IMG/VR virus record: IMGVR_UViG_3300022752_000073
Span: 1-60,129 of that record
Direction: 5' to 3' (one strand)
DNA length: 60,129 nucleotides
Source of the DNA: a virus
Lineage: Duplodnaviria; Caudoviricetes
Part shown: positions 27,283 through 37,541 of the stretch, piece after piece
How positions within the stretch are numbered: position 1 is the stretch's first letter
Layout of the letters: each line of letters starts with the position of its first letter
Position numbers and translations under genes: made by a program
Notes under the pieces: model-generated
Databases searched by the model: none
The model's input: the letters and a program-made list of their open reading frames with translations, nothing else
What the model was told of the DNA's origin: nothing

Positions 27283-29202
27283 TTATTGGCTCAAAAGAAG
27301 ATCATCTGCTTGACGTGCATCTTTCATGGTTTCATATTGACCAAGAGCATCCATTATGTAAGCATTCTGCGCTTGTTTAAATTTCATTTGGGCTTCAAGA
27401 CTGCGTGGATCTCCGCCAGTACGCCAATTAGGGCCGTACTCTTTAATAAACTGGGCATTTAGTTGAGGGGCTGTATTCTCCATAAACTTAGCCATAGCCC
27501 CCGCACGGACTTGCAAGATACGGGCTCTAGACGCATTGTCCATAGCAGCATAACGTTTCTCCATGTTTTCAAGCTGTTTGTTTTGGAACGCACTAGTCTG
27601 AGCAAGTTGTTGCTGTTGCAAATTTAAACCTGCGAGACCCAGCGCACTACGGTTGGCTGAATCAATAGCCGCTGCTCGTAGATTTTCACCCTGATTTGCT
27701 ACATTTGCAGCACCAATGTCCCTTTGGCTAAGGGCACTAAACATGTTGATAGCCTGAGCGTTACCCGCTTGAGCACCTTGCAACGAAAGTGAAGTAGCAG
27801 CCCGCAAATCGTTGGCTGCATCTCTACCCGCCACTTGAGCAGCTTGGTAGTTGCCTTTCTTGGCCGCAATTTTTTGCTGTTCAAAGTTATCACGTGCGTC
27901 TTCCAGCCTATCCTTGGCAGCGCGGTTTGCAGCTTCACCTCTAATTAAGTCAGCAATACCTTGACGACCTTCATTTCCCAAAGCACCTGCAAGAGTACGC
28001 TCTTTGCTACCCGCAATACCAAAACCAAGACTCATTAAGTTTAAAGCGCGACCGATTGCTGAGTCTTTCTCTTGAGCCAATTCACGTTGTTTCAAACGAC
28101 CTTCACGGGTCTCAAAACCGGGGCTGTCCATTGCTTCCAGATCTGTTTTAGTGGCAGTAACAGCGTTTTCAAATGCTGTTTTGGTTTTTGCGGGCATATC
28201 CTTAGTGATTGCATCGAGATCAACTAAGTCTCCCATGGTGCGTTCTGGCAAAGTCGCAACCTTTGGCGTGTACGTCTGCAAAATAGGCATTTTTATATCG
28301 GGAATTACGGGAGCGGCGGGGGACGCAGGTGCCGTAGAGGGTTGTGTTTGCTCCGGATACATCGAACGGCGCGTTGCTGTCGTTGGATCGTAAGGAGTTT
28401 TAATTGTGGGGGCTGCGGCTGGTGTGCTATCGGAATTTAGTAGGCGAGTAAGGCCATAACCTTTAGGAGAATCTGCATCTCCCGTGGCACCAATTACTGA
28501 TTTGGGGAAAAACGAAAGAGCTTTAAAAATTTGGTCTCCGGAACCCATTGTGGGTTTTTCCATGTTAGGCGCATTTTGAATTGCAGCGGCTATGCCTGTA
28601 TCTCCAGACATTGCGCTAAGCATTGGGTTAGAGTACATACCCCTTCGTTGTTCAGGTGACATTGCTCCGGTAATTCCAGCGGCAAACTCAGAAGCAGCAG
28701 CTCCACCTCCGCCTACAGTCGCTGGCACAGCACCAACACGTGCGGCAGCCTCAATCCCCGCTAAAATACGCTGCCCTACAGGCCCAGCACGCAAAGCGGC
28801 TTCTTTTGCTAATTGGGGGTCGGTTGCGTAAAGTCTTGAAAGTTGTTCATAACTCAATGGGGGCACGGAGCTTGTCAAACTAGGCCCGACACCGGCATAC
28901 CGTTTAACTTCACCGCCTTCATCAAACGCGATGATGCCGCCACCCGCATATTCTTGTGGCAAGTTACTAGAAAGAGCTGGTACACCCGCAGACTGGGCTT
29001 CTTGCATGATCTGCTCTGCAACGGGGCGTTGCTGCTGTTGCCCCATGGCCATAACCTGAGCTTCTTTCTGCTCTTTTATTTTTTCTTGGATCAAGGGGAT
29101 GCCAACATATGCGGGGATGACACCGTTCTGCACGCCTTGTGTAAGCTGCTCTATTGAGTATTTGGCTGGGTTGGCCAAGATCTTTTGTGCAATGCCTTGC
29201 AT
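27283..29202 (-). CDS. Internal virion/ejection protein
   Basis: 639 aa, A/Q/G-rich; position in ejection module; YAGGGIIAFDEGGEV. Confidence 0.7.
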   Translation of the reverse strand: MQGIAQKILANPAKYSIEQLTQGVQNGVIPAYVGIPLIQEKIKEQKEAQVMAMGQQQQRPVAEQIMQEAQSAGVPALSSNLPQEYAGGGIIAFDEGGEVKRYAGVGPSLTSSVPPLSYEQLSRLYATDPQLAKEAALRAGPVGQRILAGIEAAARVGAVPATVGGGGAAASEFAAGITGAMSPEQRRGMYSNPMLSAMSGDTGIAAAIQNAPNMEKPTMGSGDQIFKALSFFPKSVIGATGDADSPKGYGLTRLLNSDSTPAAAPTIKTPYDPTTATRRSMYPEQTQPSTAPASPAAPVIPDIKMPILQTYTPKVATLPERTMGDLVDLDAITKDMPAKTKTAFENAVTATKTDLEAMDSPGFETREGRLKQRELAQEKDSAIGRALNLMSLGFGIAGSKERTLAGALGNEGRQGIADLIRGEAANRAAKDRLEDARDNFEQQKIAAKKGNYQAAQVAGRDAANDLRAATSLSLQGAQAGNAQAINMFSALSQRDIGAANVANQGENLRAAAIDSANRSALGLAGLNLQQQQLAQTSAFQNKQLENMEKRYAAMDNASRARILQVRAGAMAKFMENTAPQLNAQFIKEYGPNWRTGGDPRSLEAQMKFKQAQNAYIMDALGQYETMKDARQADDLLLSQ

Positions 29203-29215
29203 AGTCTGTCCTCTA

Positions 29216-31129
29216 TTATTTCATTGCGTTGTATAAACCCAATCCTGCAATACCTGCTGTTCCTAAACCAGCAATTTGATTAATTGTGGTAGGTGGTGCT
29301 TGATAAATCGCAGAGGTGGACTGCTGGCCCAAAGGCAAACCACGAATCATGTCGGACATAAATCCAAGTTGTTTGTATGGGTAGTTCTGTTGATTCAAGA
29401 AGTTTTGGTAAGCAAGGTCGTTTGCTTGTTGCTGTTGAGCTTGCTGCTGCGCTCCGTACTGAGCCTGCAACTGATTAATACCCAATTGTTGGCCGAATTG
29501 AGTCTGACCGAGTTGCCCTAACTGACCCGCAGCTTGCAGACCCGTTTGAAGACCCTGCATGCCCAAATTAGCGCCAAATTGATTGGACTGCTCGCCAAGT
29601 TGTTGAGCAGCCTGACCGTATTGAGCACCGAGACTTGCAGCTTGTAATCCTTGACCTGCGCCAAACTGACGGGATTGTTCCCCTGCTGTTTGAGCTTGTT
29701 GGAATGCCTGTTGATTAGCCAACTGCGCTTGGAGGTTTTGTCCTGCGCCCAATTGCTGAATGCCCAATGCAGCCTGAAGGTTCTGCCCGCCAACTTGTAA
29801 ACCAGCTTGTTGGTTAGCTAATGCTGCTTGCATGGCTTGTTGGGCATTCATGCCCTGAGTTTGCAACTGCGCGGCTTGATTCTGTACATTGGCCTGCTGG
29901 GCAGAACTGAGGTTTGCCAGACTTGTTTGCAAACCGGTTTGTGTTCCAAGTTGCTGAGCAGCCTGTTGAGCAGCCAGATTTTGCTGTCCGACTTGTAACC
30001 CAGCTTGCTGGTTGGCCAACGCAGCTTGCATTGCTTGTTGGGCATTTAAGCCCTGAGCTTGAAGCTGAGCAGCCTGATTTTGTACGTTCGCTTGTTGAGC
30101 AGAACTGAGGTTTGCCAGACTTGTTTGCAAACCAGTTTGTGTACCCAACTGCTGAACTCCGAGGGCAGCTTGTAAGTTTTGACCGCCAACCTGAAGGCCA
30201 GCCTGTTGATTTGCAAGCTGTGCCTGCAACCTAGCTTGTTGTTCGGCATTAAATTGCTGTTGTGCTTGCTGGAATGCAGATTGCAGCCCCGCAGCTTGGA
30301 TGTCACCTTTCTGTGTAGCCAGATTACGCGCAGCTTCTGCGTTCTCAATAGCCTGTCTAGAACCCCCAAATGCACCAGATTGTGTCGCCCGTGCAGCTCT
30401 TTGAGTACCCGCAATGTCTGCTTGGCGCTGAGCTTCACGTTGCTGAGCCTCCACCACATTCTGCATGTACGGGGACATATACGCGCTTGCGGAATATGGA
30501 TTAGCAAAAGACTGAGTCCTGACTCGCTCGGCAGGCCCCATTTGGAATGTCTGTAAATCTGGACGATACGCAGTCTGAGCCGCATCCATTAAGGGCGTTC
30601 CAACTTGCTGGGCGGATATTCTTTCCGCAGGCCCCATCTGGAACGCTTGTATATTGGGGTTGTAATTAGTCTGCGCCGCAGACATGGTGGGCGCGCCCTG
30701 TTGTTGGGCAAAAACTCTCTCGGCTGGCCCCATCTGATAGGACTGCAAATTAGGGGCTTGTGCACTCAACATGCCAAACTGACTTGGCTGATAAGCTTGC
30801 GGAGCTTGGAATTGATTGGTAAATTGACCCGGTTGGTACTGCGCAGTTAGCGCACCAAGCCCTGCCTGTGCCGCAAGATTAGTCCCCATACCCAGTTGGG
30901 CAGAAGGCTGCATGTTTTGGGCTTGTTGTTGAGCCTGTTGTTGCATGGGGGTGAACCCAGCAATCCGATCAGCACCGTATGTTTGATACGGATTTTTGTT
31001 GATGTCGGTTAAAGCGGCACCTTTAGCAAGAGTTTCCTTGGCATACGGACGTGCCCACTCTGGCAGCTCTGCCGTTTGAGTTTGGGAAGTTACCGGGGAA
31101 GGGGCCGGTGGGGGAGATGGTGAGCACAT
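29216..31129 (-). CDS. Q-rich DNA ejection/pilot protein with internal repeats
   Basis: YMSPYMQNVV...GAFGGSRQ core; 32-aa and 66-aa repeats. Confidence 0.75.
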   Translation of the reverse strand: MCSPSPPPAPSPVTSQTQTAELPEWARPYAKETLAKGAALTDINKNPYQTYGADRIAGFTPMQQQAQQQAQNMQPSAQLGMGTNLAAQAGLGALTAQYQPGQFTNQFQAPQAYQPSQFGMLSAQAPNLQSYQMGPAERVFAQQQGAPTMSAAQTNYNPNIQAFQMGPAERISAQQVGTPLMDAAQTAYRPDLQTFQMGPAERVRTQSFANPYSASAYMSPYMQNVVEAQQREAQRQADIAGTQRAARATQSGAFGGSRQAIENAEAARNLATQKGDIQAAGLQSAFQQAQQQFNAEQQARLQAQLANQQAGLQVGGQNLQAALGVQQLGTQTGLQTSLANLSSAQQANVQNQAAQLQAQGLNAQQAMQAALANQQAGLQVGQQNLAAQQAAQQLGTQTGLQTSLANLSSAQQANVQNQAAQLQTQGMNAQQAMQAALANQQAGLQVGGQNLQAALGIQQLGAGQNLQAQLANQQAFQQAQTAGEQSRQFGAGQGLQAASLGAQYGQAAQQLGEQSNQFGANLGMQGLQTGLQAAGQLGQLGQTQFGQQLGINQLQAQYGAQQQAQQQQANDLAYQNFLNQQNYPYKQLGFMSDMIRGLPLGQQSTSAIYQAPPTTINQIAGLGTAGIAGLGLYNAMK

Positions 31130-31139
31130 AATTTACCTC

Positions 31140-31601
31140 TCAGAATTCATATATCATTTGTGTTGCAGCTTCTCTGAAGCCCATTCGCCCCCAAAGTTTA
31201 GCTACACGCAAGTCGGTCATTGCTGAAACAAGAAGCCGTTTAACGTCACGGCGTTTTAACTCCTCAAGAGCAAATCGAACTAACTTCTTACCCACACCGT
31301 TACGGTGTGCTTTTTGCACAAAAATTGTGTCCTCTTGTGCTATCAAATCTTGATTGTGCATGTCCTTCACAACATACATATTAACGTACCCACATGCAAC
31401 CCCTTCTTGTCTAAGCACGATGGTGATTAAACTTCCGTTTTCGCAAGCTGCTCCATACTCATGCAGCCTAGGGTTGTACGGAGAATACGTAAAACCTTGA
31501 CCCTCTAATCTTTCAACCATTTCGGCATAGTGTTCACGGTATAGAGGCTCAAGCTCTAAATACGTATCCGTAAACTTTTCTATGGTCATCACATAACTCA
31601 T
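31140..31601 (-). CDS. GNAT-family acetyltransferase
   Basis: IFVQKAHRNGVGKKLV acyl-CoA motif A; LWGRMGF. Confidence 0.85.
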   Translation of the reverse strand: MSYVMTIEKFTDTYLELEPLYREHYAEMVERLEGQGFTYSPYNPRLHEYGAACENGSLITIVLRQEGVACGYVNMYVVKDMHNQDLIAQEDTIFVQKAHRNGVGKKLVRFALEELKRRDVKRLLVSAMTDLRVAKLWGRMGFREAATQMIYEF

Positions 31602-33091
31602 GCTGGCAAATACTTAGCGGCGTTAGAGTTCTTAGCAACTTTTCCTTCTCCAACGGTTTTGCTTCTAGCCTTCTGTACTCTGTCCATCATGGCGTACAAC
31701 TTACGGGCACCAGCTTCAGTTGAGCCATTACCCAACTCAGACACGATACGGGCGGGCACCACAAACTCGCCATCGGCCAAACGAGCAGGTTGCTTATTTG
31801 CTATGGTTGCAGGAATAGAGTCGGATACCCCATCACCGGGGCCACGAAGCAGTTGGCCACCATCAGAGTAACCGCCTAGGTTGTAACGAAGATCGGAGAT
31901 TCCGCCCGACGCCATTGGGGTAGTTGTGGCGGTAGCCGGTGGTACTTGCGCAGTAAACTGTTGGCTCTGGGTGTCGTAGTTGTAACTGCGCGGGGCCTCT
32001 GACGGCGTACCCATACCGTTTTCAAGGTATCTTTGATTCTGTTGGTCGTATATGTATTTCTTTAGCGGGGCATTAGCATCAAGCCCCATAAGCTGTCGGA
32101 ATCTCGGGTCTTGTTGCAACATATTATTTACTGCATCGACGACAAATCCGCCCATATCGTATTTAGGCTCGCCACCACCCGCCATTTTTATGACAGACTC
32201 ACCTGCGGGCCAACCCATCATGCCACCACCAGCGGCAGTAGTAGTTCTTGGTCTGAAATAGCCCGAATAATAGGTTTTCTCTCTGCCATACGGGTCAGCA
32301 GAGGGAGTCGGCAAAGCTATACCGGGATAATAGTCATACTGTTGGCCGGGGTCTCTATCTACGGGCACGGTTGGAACTTCGGGGGATGTTTGTGAAGCCA
32401 ATAAAGGCCCAGCCACCATACCAGCAGACATAATCTTGTTTTCATTGGCAAAGTTAGCCAAGTTCTTCCCGGTAAAGCCTTCCGCCATAGCACCAGCACG
32501 CCCCGCCGAACTCATGTTGGAAAGAGTTTCTCTAGCCATATCGTTTGTCATGCCAGTCGGCGTACCAAGTGGGGTTGCACCTTTAGGTAATTGATTAAAC
32601 AAAGAAAGCCCTTCGTTGGCGGGCAAACCACCCCTAACTGCTTCAAAAGGCTGGTTCATTATGGATGCGGATGGAGTTGCTGCGGCTCCTGTTTTTGCGG
32701 CTTCGGCTGCTGCGGCACTTGATTTAACGCCCTCCATAGCCAAAGATTGGCCAAGAGTTGCCCCGCCATATGCGCTAAGTCCAGTCATCAGGCCCTTACC
32801 CAAGCTTTGGTTGGGATTAAGCACCATACTTCCACCACCCACAATAGCTGCTGCCAGAAGGGGGTTGGGAACACCCATAGCCATTAACCCAGCGCCAGCC
32901 ACCATAGGGAGGATAGACGACAAAAATCCCGCTTCGGGCATTCCAGTTTGGGGGTTGATGGTCAACGATCCGCCATGCGCTTTAGCAATATCTTGCAGGC
33001 TTTTAACTTCCCCTTCAGTCATGTGGACGAGGGTAGTGTCTGGGCCTCGACCTTTGGCGGCCAAGTGACGGGCGATATCGTGTAGGCTCAT
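31598..33091 (-). CDS. Internal virion protein
   Basis: GRGPDTTLVHM...TINPQTGMPEA; GPGDGVSDSIPA...LADGEFVVP. Confidence 0.75.
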   Translation of the reverse strand: MSLHDIARHLAAKGRGPDTTLVHMTEGEVKSLQDIAKAHGGSLTINPQTGMPEAGFLSSILPMVAGAGLMAMGVPNPLLAAAIVGGGSMVLNPNQSLGKGLMTGLSAYGGATLGQSLAMEGVKSSAAAAEAAKTGAAATPSASIMNQPFEAVRGGLPANEGLSLFNQLPKGATPLGTPTGMTNDMARETLSNMSSAGRAGAMAEGFTGKNLANFANENKIMSAGMVAGPLLASQTSPEVPTVPVDRDPGQQYDYYPGIALPTPSADPYGREKTYYSGYFRPRTTTAAGGGMMGWPAGESVIKMAGGGEPKYDMGGFVVDAVNNMLQQDPRFRQLMGLDANAPLKKYIYDQQNQRYLENGMGTPSEAPRSYNYDTQSQQFTAQVPPATATTTPMASGGISDLRYNLGGYSDGGQLLRGPGDGVSDSIPATIANKQPARLADGEFVVPARIVSELGNGSTEAGARKLYAMMDRVQKARSKTVGEGKVAKNSNAAKYLPA

Positions 33092-33140
33092 TTTTACCTC
33101 TTGAAATAGGGGTTAATAGATGTTATCAGTTTAAGTTCAA

Positions 33141-33485
33141 TTAACCAACTTTCCAATTGGTTCCGTCTGAATACACGGGTACTTTAACTGCTCCGCCGCC
33201 CACCACTGCTGAACCAAACGTAGGGCCACTTGCATCAGACACAAACGCTAACGTTCCCGCACCCGAAGTTACTGCGCTAGGAAGAGTACTTACCGTATAA
33301 ACATTGAGTTTTATGTTGGACGCCGCTTGTAGCTGCCGAAGGGTATTGTCAAGTTGGTTGAAGTAAAAACGCAAAATATTGTTTAAACTGTCCAAGTACC
33401 TTTGTTCGTACTCCGTTGGGGCGTTGGGTAAACGTGGGGCGGCAATAGGATTTATAAGGTTTTCTGATGTGATTACGTATGTCAT
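33141..33485 (-). CDS. Putative tail protein
   Basis: APRLP.AP.EY...LRFYFNQLD plus YTVSTLP...VPVYSDGTNW. Confidence 0.65.
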   Translation of the reverse strand: MTYVITSENLINPIAAPRLPNAPTEYEQRYLDSLNNILRFYFNQLDNTLRQLQAASNIKLNVYTVSTLPSAVTSGAGTLAFVSDASGPTFGSAVVGGGAVKVPVYSDGTNWKVG

Positions 33486-35587
33486 TAACTACCTCGTCTG
33501 CCGTCTGGTCGAATGTCAATCCTAGGTGCGCCCAACTGCCAAGCTGTACCTATCTGGTCAGACTCTACTTTAAAAGACATTTGTCTGCCCCGAACTCGGG
33601 TATTGATCTGCCCGGTAAATTGTTCAACGGTGTATGTTCCAATCCTAGCCACAGTGCCGTAGTCCACGCCGCCCACAGAAGGGGGCACGTTGTACCCTGA
33701 ACCTGAGTTTTGCAGTGGCAGCAGCGTCATAGTGACCTGCGGAGTTGGAGAAGTCTCCGAACCCCTGAATGTGATGTCGGGCAGCATCCTCCACACAAAC
33801 CCAAAGTTGTGCCCGTCCCCAATATCAAACTCGGATGATGTGATGTAGGCGTTGATAGGCAGCTCTGTGCCCGTTTCGTTGTCGTTTACACCAGACTCCT
33901 GATTGACTATGTTGTACGTATAAGTAGCGGCAATTGGATATTGCCTCAGTCCAGAGTCCAGCCAAGCCGTTCTAGCCATGGTGCCGTAGTACCAAGCATC
34001 TTCTAAATAGTTATAAATCACGTATTTATCTATGGTGTTAGAGTCGGCTGAACAATAAAACCACCAGACTTCGTTAAAGCCTTCATTGGTGCTGGCAAAT
34101 ATTTGGTCAGATTGGGCTACGTTAATGTTTTGGAAAATGTACTGCCTCAAATCACAGCGCAGGGTGTTGGTGCGTCCGTCGTATTTGTAGAACTTGTCAA
34201 TACCCATCCAGTACACCACGCCAGAAGCAATCGCGGAAGCATTAGGCCCTGCTATTGACACGTTATCCGCCAAAAGCTGATGACCCCATACATAGGGTGG
34301 GCCCAAATACTGCAACGAATAAAGGGATGAATCTGTCCAAATCAAAATCTCTTGACGAGACTGCATGGCCGTCACAATTTTGGAACCGTGAGAAAGCCGG
34401 AGGCTACCCGCCTGATTGGTCACTGCGGGTGTCCAGTTGGTTACGGATTCTTGGTCTGACCAGCGCACCAACATGGGGTCAAAAGTGGTTGATAAATAGT
34501 CGTTCGTACCAAAACAAATCGTAAATCGGCTGGCGTCTGACACCAAGAAGTAGTTTTGCGAAAGCGGTACATCTGATGCCCCGGTCAAACTCGATACGGG
34601 AACACCTCTAGGAGAAATGCTGTGGGTTGGTGATTGTGTTCCGGTGGTATTGATCAACGCACCCGATGGTGTTGCCGATAAATTGAACGTCGTGCCCGAT
34701 ACGTTACGAGCGTAGTACACAGTACCTACAACCAAGCCCGTAGGCAAGGCTCCTGTGGTGGTAAATGTAAACGCATCGCCTTCCGACAGATTGATTGTGG
34801 CTGTTACAACCGCAGGAGTTGCAATTGTTACGGTAAACGTGGAGCCGGTAAGACCTATATTGGCATTCCAGTAATAGAGAGGGCCACCGCGTGGGCCGTA
34901 GATCAGGTCTTCACCAAAGTTGTTTTGGTTCCATATCCGCAAAGCATCTGTAGAAGTGGAGCCAATACCCCAAGTTCCAGAACTCCAAGCACCTGCGCCC
35001 CAGCCAGTTAATGGTTGTGCGATTGCCGGGCCATTATTGACTTGATACACTGCATAAACAGTGCCGCCGCCCGTCGTGCTGGAAGAAGCAGTGCCCGATA
35101 CAAGGATGGTATAGGTTGTACCACTGACATAAGTAAGTTGGTATTCACCATTAACCGTAACGCCACCAACAGCCGACGCCCCATAAAAAGTAACGTAGGC
35201 TCCGTTTGTGTACCCGCCCGCTGCGTCGGTTACTGTGACGGTAGTAAAGCCGCCAGAATTGGTAGTAGTATCGGTTGCGAATGGATTGGTTAATGTAACT
35301 TCCGCTCTAACGGGCGTGATATCGTAATAAACCCCACCGTTTTCAATATAAAACTTTTGATTAGTCCCAACCCCGAGCAAATTTTGAAACCCTAACGTGA
35401 CCCAATTCCACAAAGATCGGCATACCCCGATAAAAGTAGAAGAAGAAATACGTTGCCACCCACCAATTTTTTCTGGTGTGCCTTGTCTAAACCGCACCTT
35501 GTCGCAGTCATACCACCCACCCTCGGTGGTATAGCGGGTGTTTTCTCTATTGACCCCCGGTTTGAACAGGATTTTTTGTAACGGCAT
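33485..35587 (-). CDS. Tail tubular/nozzle (P22 gp10-like stabilisation) protein
   Basis: 700 aa beta-rich; VRWSDQE, AGSLRL, EVWWFY, RGRQ. Confidence 0.75.
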   Translation of the reverse strand: MPLQKILFKPGVNRENTRYTTEGGWYDCDKVRFRQGTPEKIGGWQRISSSTFIGVCRSLWNWVTLGFQNLLGVGTNQKFYIENGGVYYDITPVRAEVTLTNPFATDTTTNSGGFTTVTVTDAAGGYTNGAYVTFYGASAVGGVTVNGEYQLTYVSGTTYTILVSGTASSSTTGGGTVYAVYQVNNGPAIAQPLTGWGAGAWSSGTWGIGSTSTDALRIWNQNNFGEDLIYGPRGGPLYYWNANIGLTGSTFTVTIATPAVVTATINLSEGDAFTFTTTGALPTGLVVGTVYYARNVSGTTFNLSATPSGALINTTGTQSPTHSISPRGVPVSSLTGASDVPLSQNYFLVSDASRFTICFGTNDYLSTTFDPMLVRWSDQESVTNWTPAVTNQAGSLRLSHGSKIVTAMQSRQEILIWTDSSLYSLQYLGPPYVWGHQLLADNVSIAGPNASAIASGVVYWMGIDKFYKYDGRTNTLRCDLRQYIFQNINVAQSDQIFASTNEGFNEVWWFYCSADSNTIDKYVIYNYLEDAWYYGTMARTAWLDSGLRQYPIAATYTYNIVNQESGVNDNETGTELPINAYITSSEFDIGDGHNFGFVWRMLPDITFRGSETSPTPQVTMTLLPLQNSGSGYNVPPSVGGVDYGTVARIGTYTVEQFTGQINTRVRGRQMSFKVESDQIGTAWQLGAPRIDIRPDGRRGS

Positions 35588-35595
35588 GGCGCATC

Positions 35596-36072
35596 CTAAG
35601 ACAAAAACAAGGCACGCTCGTCTATTCTGCGATTTTGTAGCCCTTTAAGGATTTTGCCACCTGCTAGGCAATACTTCAAGAACTCTTCCGCAGCGCCTTC
35701 CATATCGCCCCTAAGAGCCTTTTGACGGAGGGTGCTTCGCTGTAGTGTGCCCAGACCAACATTAAAGCTAAAGCTAACAAGAGCATCGAACTGCCCTTGG
35801 GTAAGGACAACGGGGACAAACTTTGCAACACCCCGTTCAAAGCGATCCAAGTCTGCACGTAGTATTCCATCTACCTCTTCCATCGTAAATTTGCGATCAT
35901 CCTCTGGGCGCAGGGGGAAGCCATCGCGGTCGTCTATCTTGAGCTTGCCCTGCTCAGGGTACAAAACGTGGCCCACACCAATCGTCCAAAGCCGCGCCGG
36001 GCAGCGGTATGGCTTCTGTCTTACACCTTCATGGTGTTTGATCATGCCTATGGCTTTGGGGCTGACGTTCAT
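35596..36072 (-). CDS. Endolysin (GH24 lysozyme)
   Basis: HEG....Y.CPA..WTIGVGH, QFDALVSFSFNVG, GL..RR..E..LF. Confidence 0.92.
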   Translation of the reverse strand: MNVSPKAIGMIKHHEGVRQKPYRCPARLWTIGVGHVLYPEQGKLKIDDRDGFPLRPEDDRKFTMEEVDGILRADLDRFERGVAKFVPVVLTQGQFDALVSFSFNVGLGTLQRSTLRQKALRGDMEGAAEEFLKYCLAGGKILKGLQNRRIDERALFLS

Positions 36073-36584
36073 TTACCAAAAGCCCGACCACCAAAATGAA
36101 ACGCTATTATTGAAGCAAACAGGGTTTGGGTTTCATTGTCCCAAAGTTGATCAGCTAACTTCTCAAAAGACACGCCAGAAGCAATACCATGCCATGCGAG
36201 GGTCAGGTCGATTACTACAAGCAGAAAAAAGAAGCCGTAGGTAATAACGGGCCTTACTGAAGCGCGTAAGTTGTGCATCCATTGGCTAGTCCCTTCGTTC
36301 AGGCTCATGTCATGAGCGTAGATAGCTTGCATCTCTGCTTGCTGCGCCCCAATTAGAGCTACCTTTTCTGACGATTTTGTTTCAATTTCAAGCTGTTCAG
36401 ACTTAATGTGTTCTATACGTTCTTGCGCCTCAAAACCCAATTTGCGTAATTCCATCTCCCTTTGAATTTGCATCTGCGCCAAAGCAAGCTCATGCTTTTT
36501 GTCGGCACGATCCTGAAAGAAGTCCAACAATTTGGGCAAGCCGCCCATTAGGAATGACACAATAGTTGAAAGTAGAGTAATCAT
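36069..36584 (-). CDS. Putative holin (3TM/GTA-type)
   Basis: LRASVRPVITY, hydrophobic helices, FHFGGR; adjacent to lysozyme. Confidence 0.7.
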   Translation of the reverse strand: MITLLSTIVSFLMGGLPKLLDFFQDRADKKHELALAQMQIQREMELRKLGFEAQERIEHIKSEQLEIETKSSEKVALIGAQQAEMQAIYAHDMSLNEGTSQWMHNLRASVRPVITYGFFFLLVVIDLTLAWHGIASGVSFEKLADQLWDNETQTLFASIIAFHFGGRAFGK

Positions 36585-37033
36585 TTTTTGACCTCAAAAT
36601 TAAGATTTGGATGCCGTGGGTACTGCACAATTCGTTCACCTTCGGGGCATTTGTATTTGATTTGCGCAAGAAGTGTGGCTTGACCTGCTGCTATTTTTTC
36701 TTTTTTGGAAATGGTTAGCTCATAAGTAAAAGTGTCAATCTCAGGGCCAGCGGGGCCGCTGAACTTGCTTGCGGTAGTGCTTACCTCATGGATCATGCCC
36801 AATGCATCTCGTATGTTGGGCGTAAAACTTTCAACAGAACAATCATCCCGTTTTTTGACTCTTGCTACTGTGACGCTGATCGGCTGATTGTGTTCAGCCA
36901 CAATCTTAAAATGTTCAGGGTGCCATTCAATTATGGCGCGGTCAAAAAAGCCGAACTTGTCGGCTAAGGTATAGCTTCCACCAAGCGCAGCAACGCTTGC
37001 TGCAACTGCGCTAATGGTTTTGGCTACGTCCAC
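36581..37033 (-). CDS. Membrane-anchored hypothetical protein
   Basis: GTG start; N-terminal hydrophobic segment; lysis region. Confidence 0.6.
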   Translation of the reverse strand: MDVAKTISAVAASVAALGGSYTLADKFGFFDRAIIEWHPEHFKIVAEHNQPISVTVARVKKRDDCSVESFTPNIRDALGMIHEVSTTASKFSGPAGPEIDTFTYELTISKKEKIAAGQATLLAQIKYKCPEGERIVQYPRHPNLNFEVKK

Positions 37034-37034
37034 T

Positions 37035-37250
37035 TTATATTCCAAGCAGCTTCTTGACAAACTCCGCAGCCACGCCGGGGCCGAGCAGCACCACAGCAAT
37101 CACTACATAAAGCAGGTACTCAATCTTGGCCATGCGCTTAGAGCCTTGGGCAAAGCTCTCTTGTATGCCTTGGTATCTTTGGGCGCAGACGGCCTCATGG
37201 ATAGACAGTCGTTTGTCGGTTTCAGTGGCAAGTTCGTGTATCGTTTCCAT
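37035..37250 (-). CDS. Small membrane protein (XhlA/holin-like)
   Basis: HEAVCAQRY coiled coil plus C-terminal TM helix. Confidence 0.7.
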   Translation of the reverse strand: METIHELATETDKRLSIHEAVCAQRYQGIQESFAQGSKRMAKIEYLLYVVIAVVLLGPGVAAEFVKKLLGI

Positions 37251-37262
37251 GAGGCTGTTTCT

Positions 37263-37493
37263 TTAGTTTGCTTTTACTGCGGCTTCAGCAGGTTGGTCTT
37301 TCAATGCTTCTTTCAGCATCTTTAAAAACGCATCCTTACCTACCACCAATTGATGAAGTTGAAATTGGGTTGAACCAATCTTTCGGTCTAAATCTACACA
37401 ATGGTTGAATAGTGCAACTTGATTCTCCGTGAAGTTGTTTGCATCGTATTCAACGTCATCTATTGTCACGATTTGGGGTTGTTTGTTTGCCAT
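37263..37493 (-). CDS. Hypothetical protein, possible tail-fibre chaperone
   Basis: VTIDDVEY plus coiled coil. Confidence 0.7.
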   Translation of the reverse strand: MANKQPQIVTIDDVEYDANNFTENQVALFNHCVDLDRKIGSTQFQLHQLVVGKDAFLKMLKEALKDQPAEAAVKAN

Positions 37494-37541
37494 ATCGTAT
37501 TTCCTTTCAATGTGCCGCCAAGAACGGGTGGCGGCTTCCCG

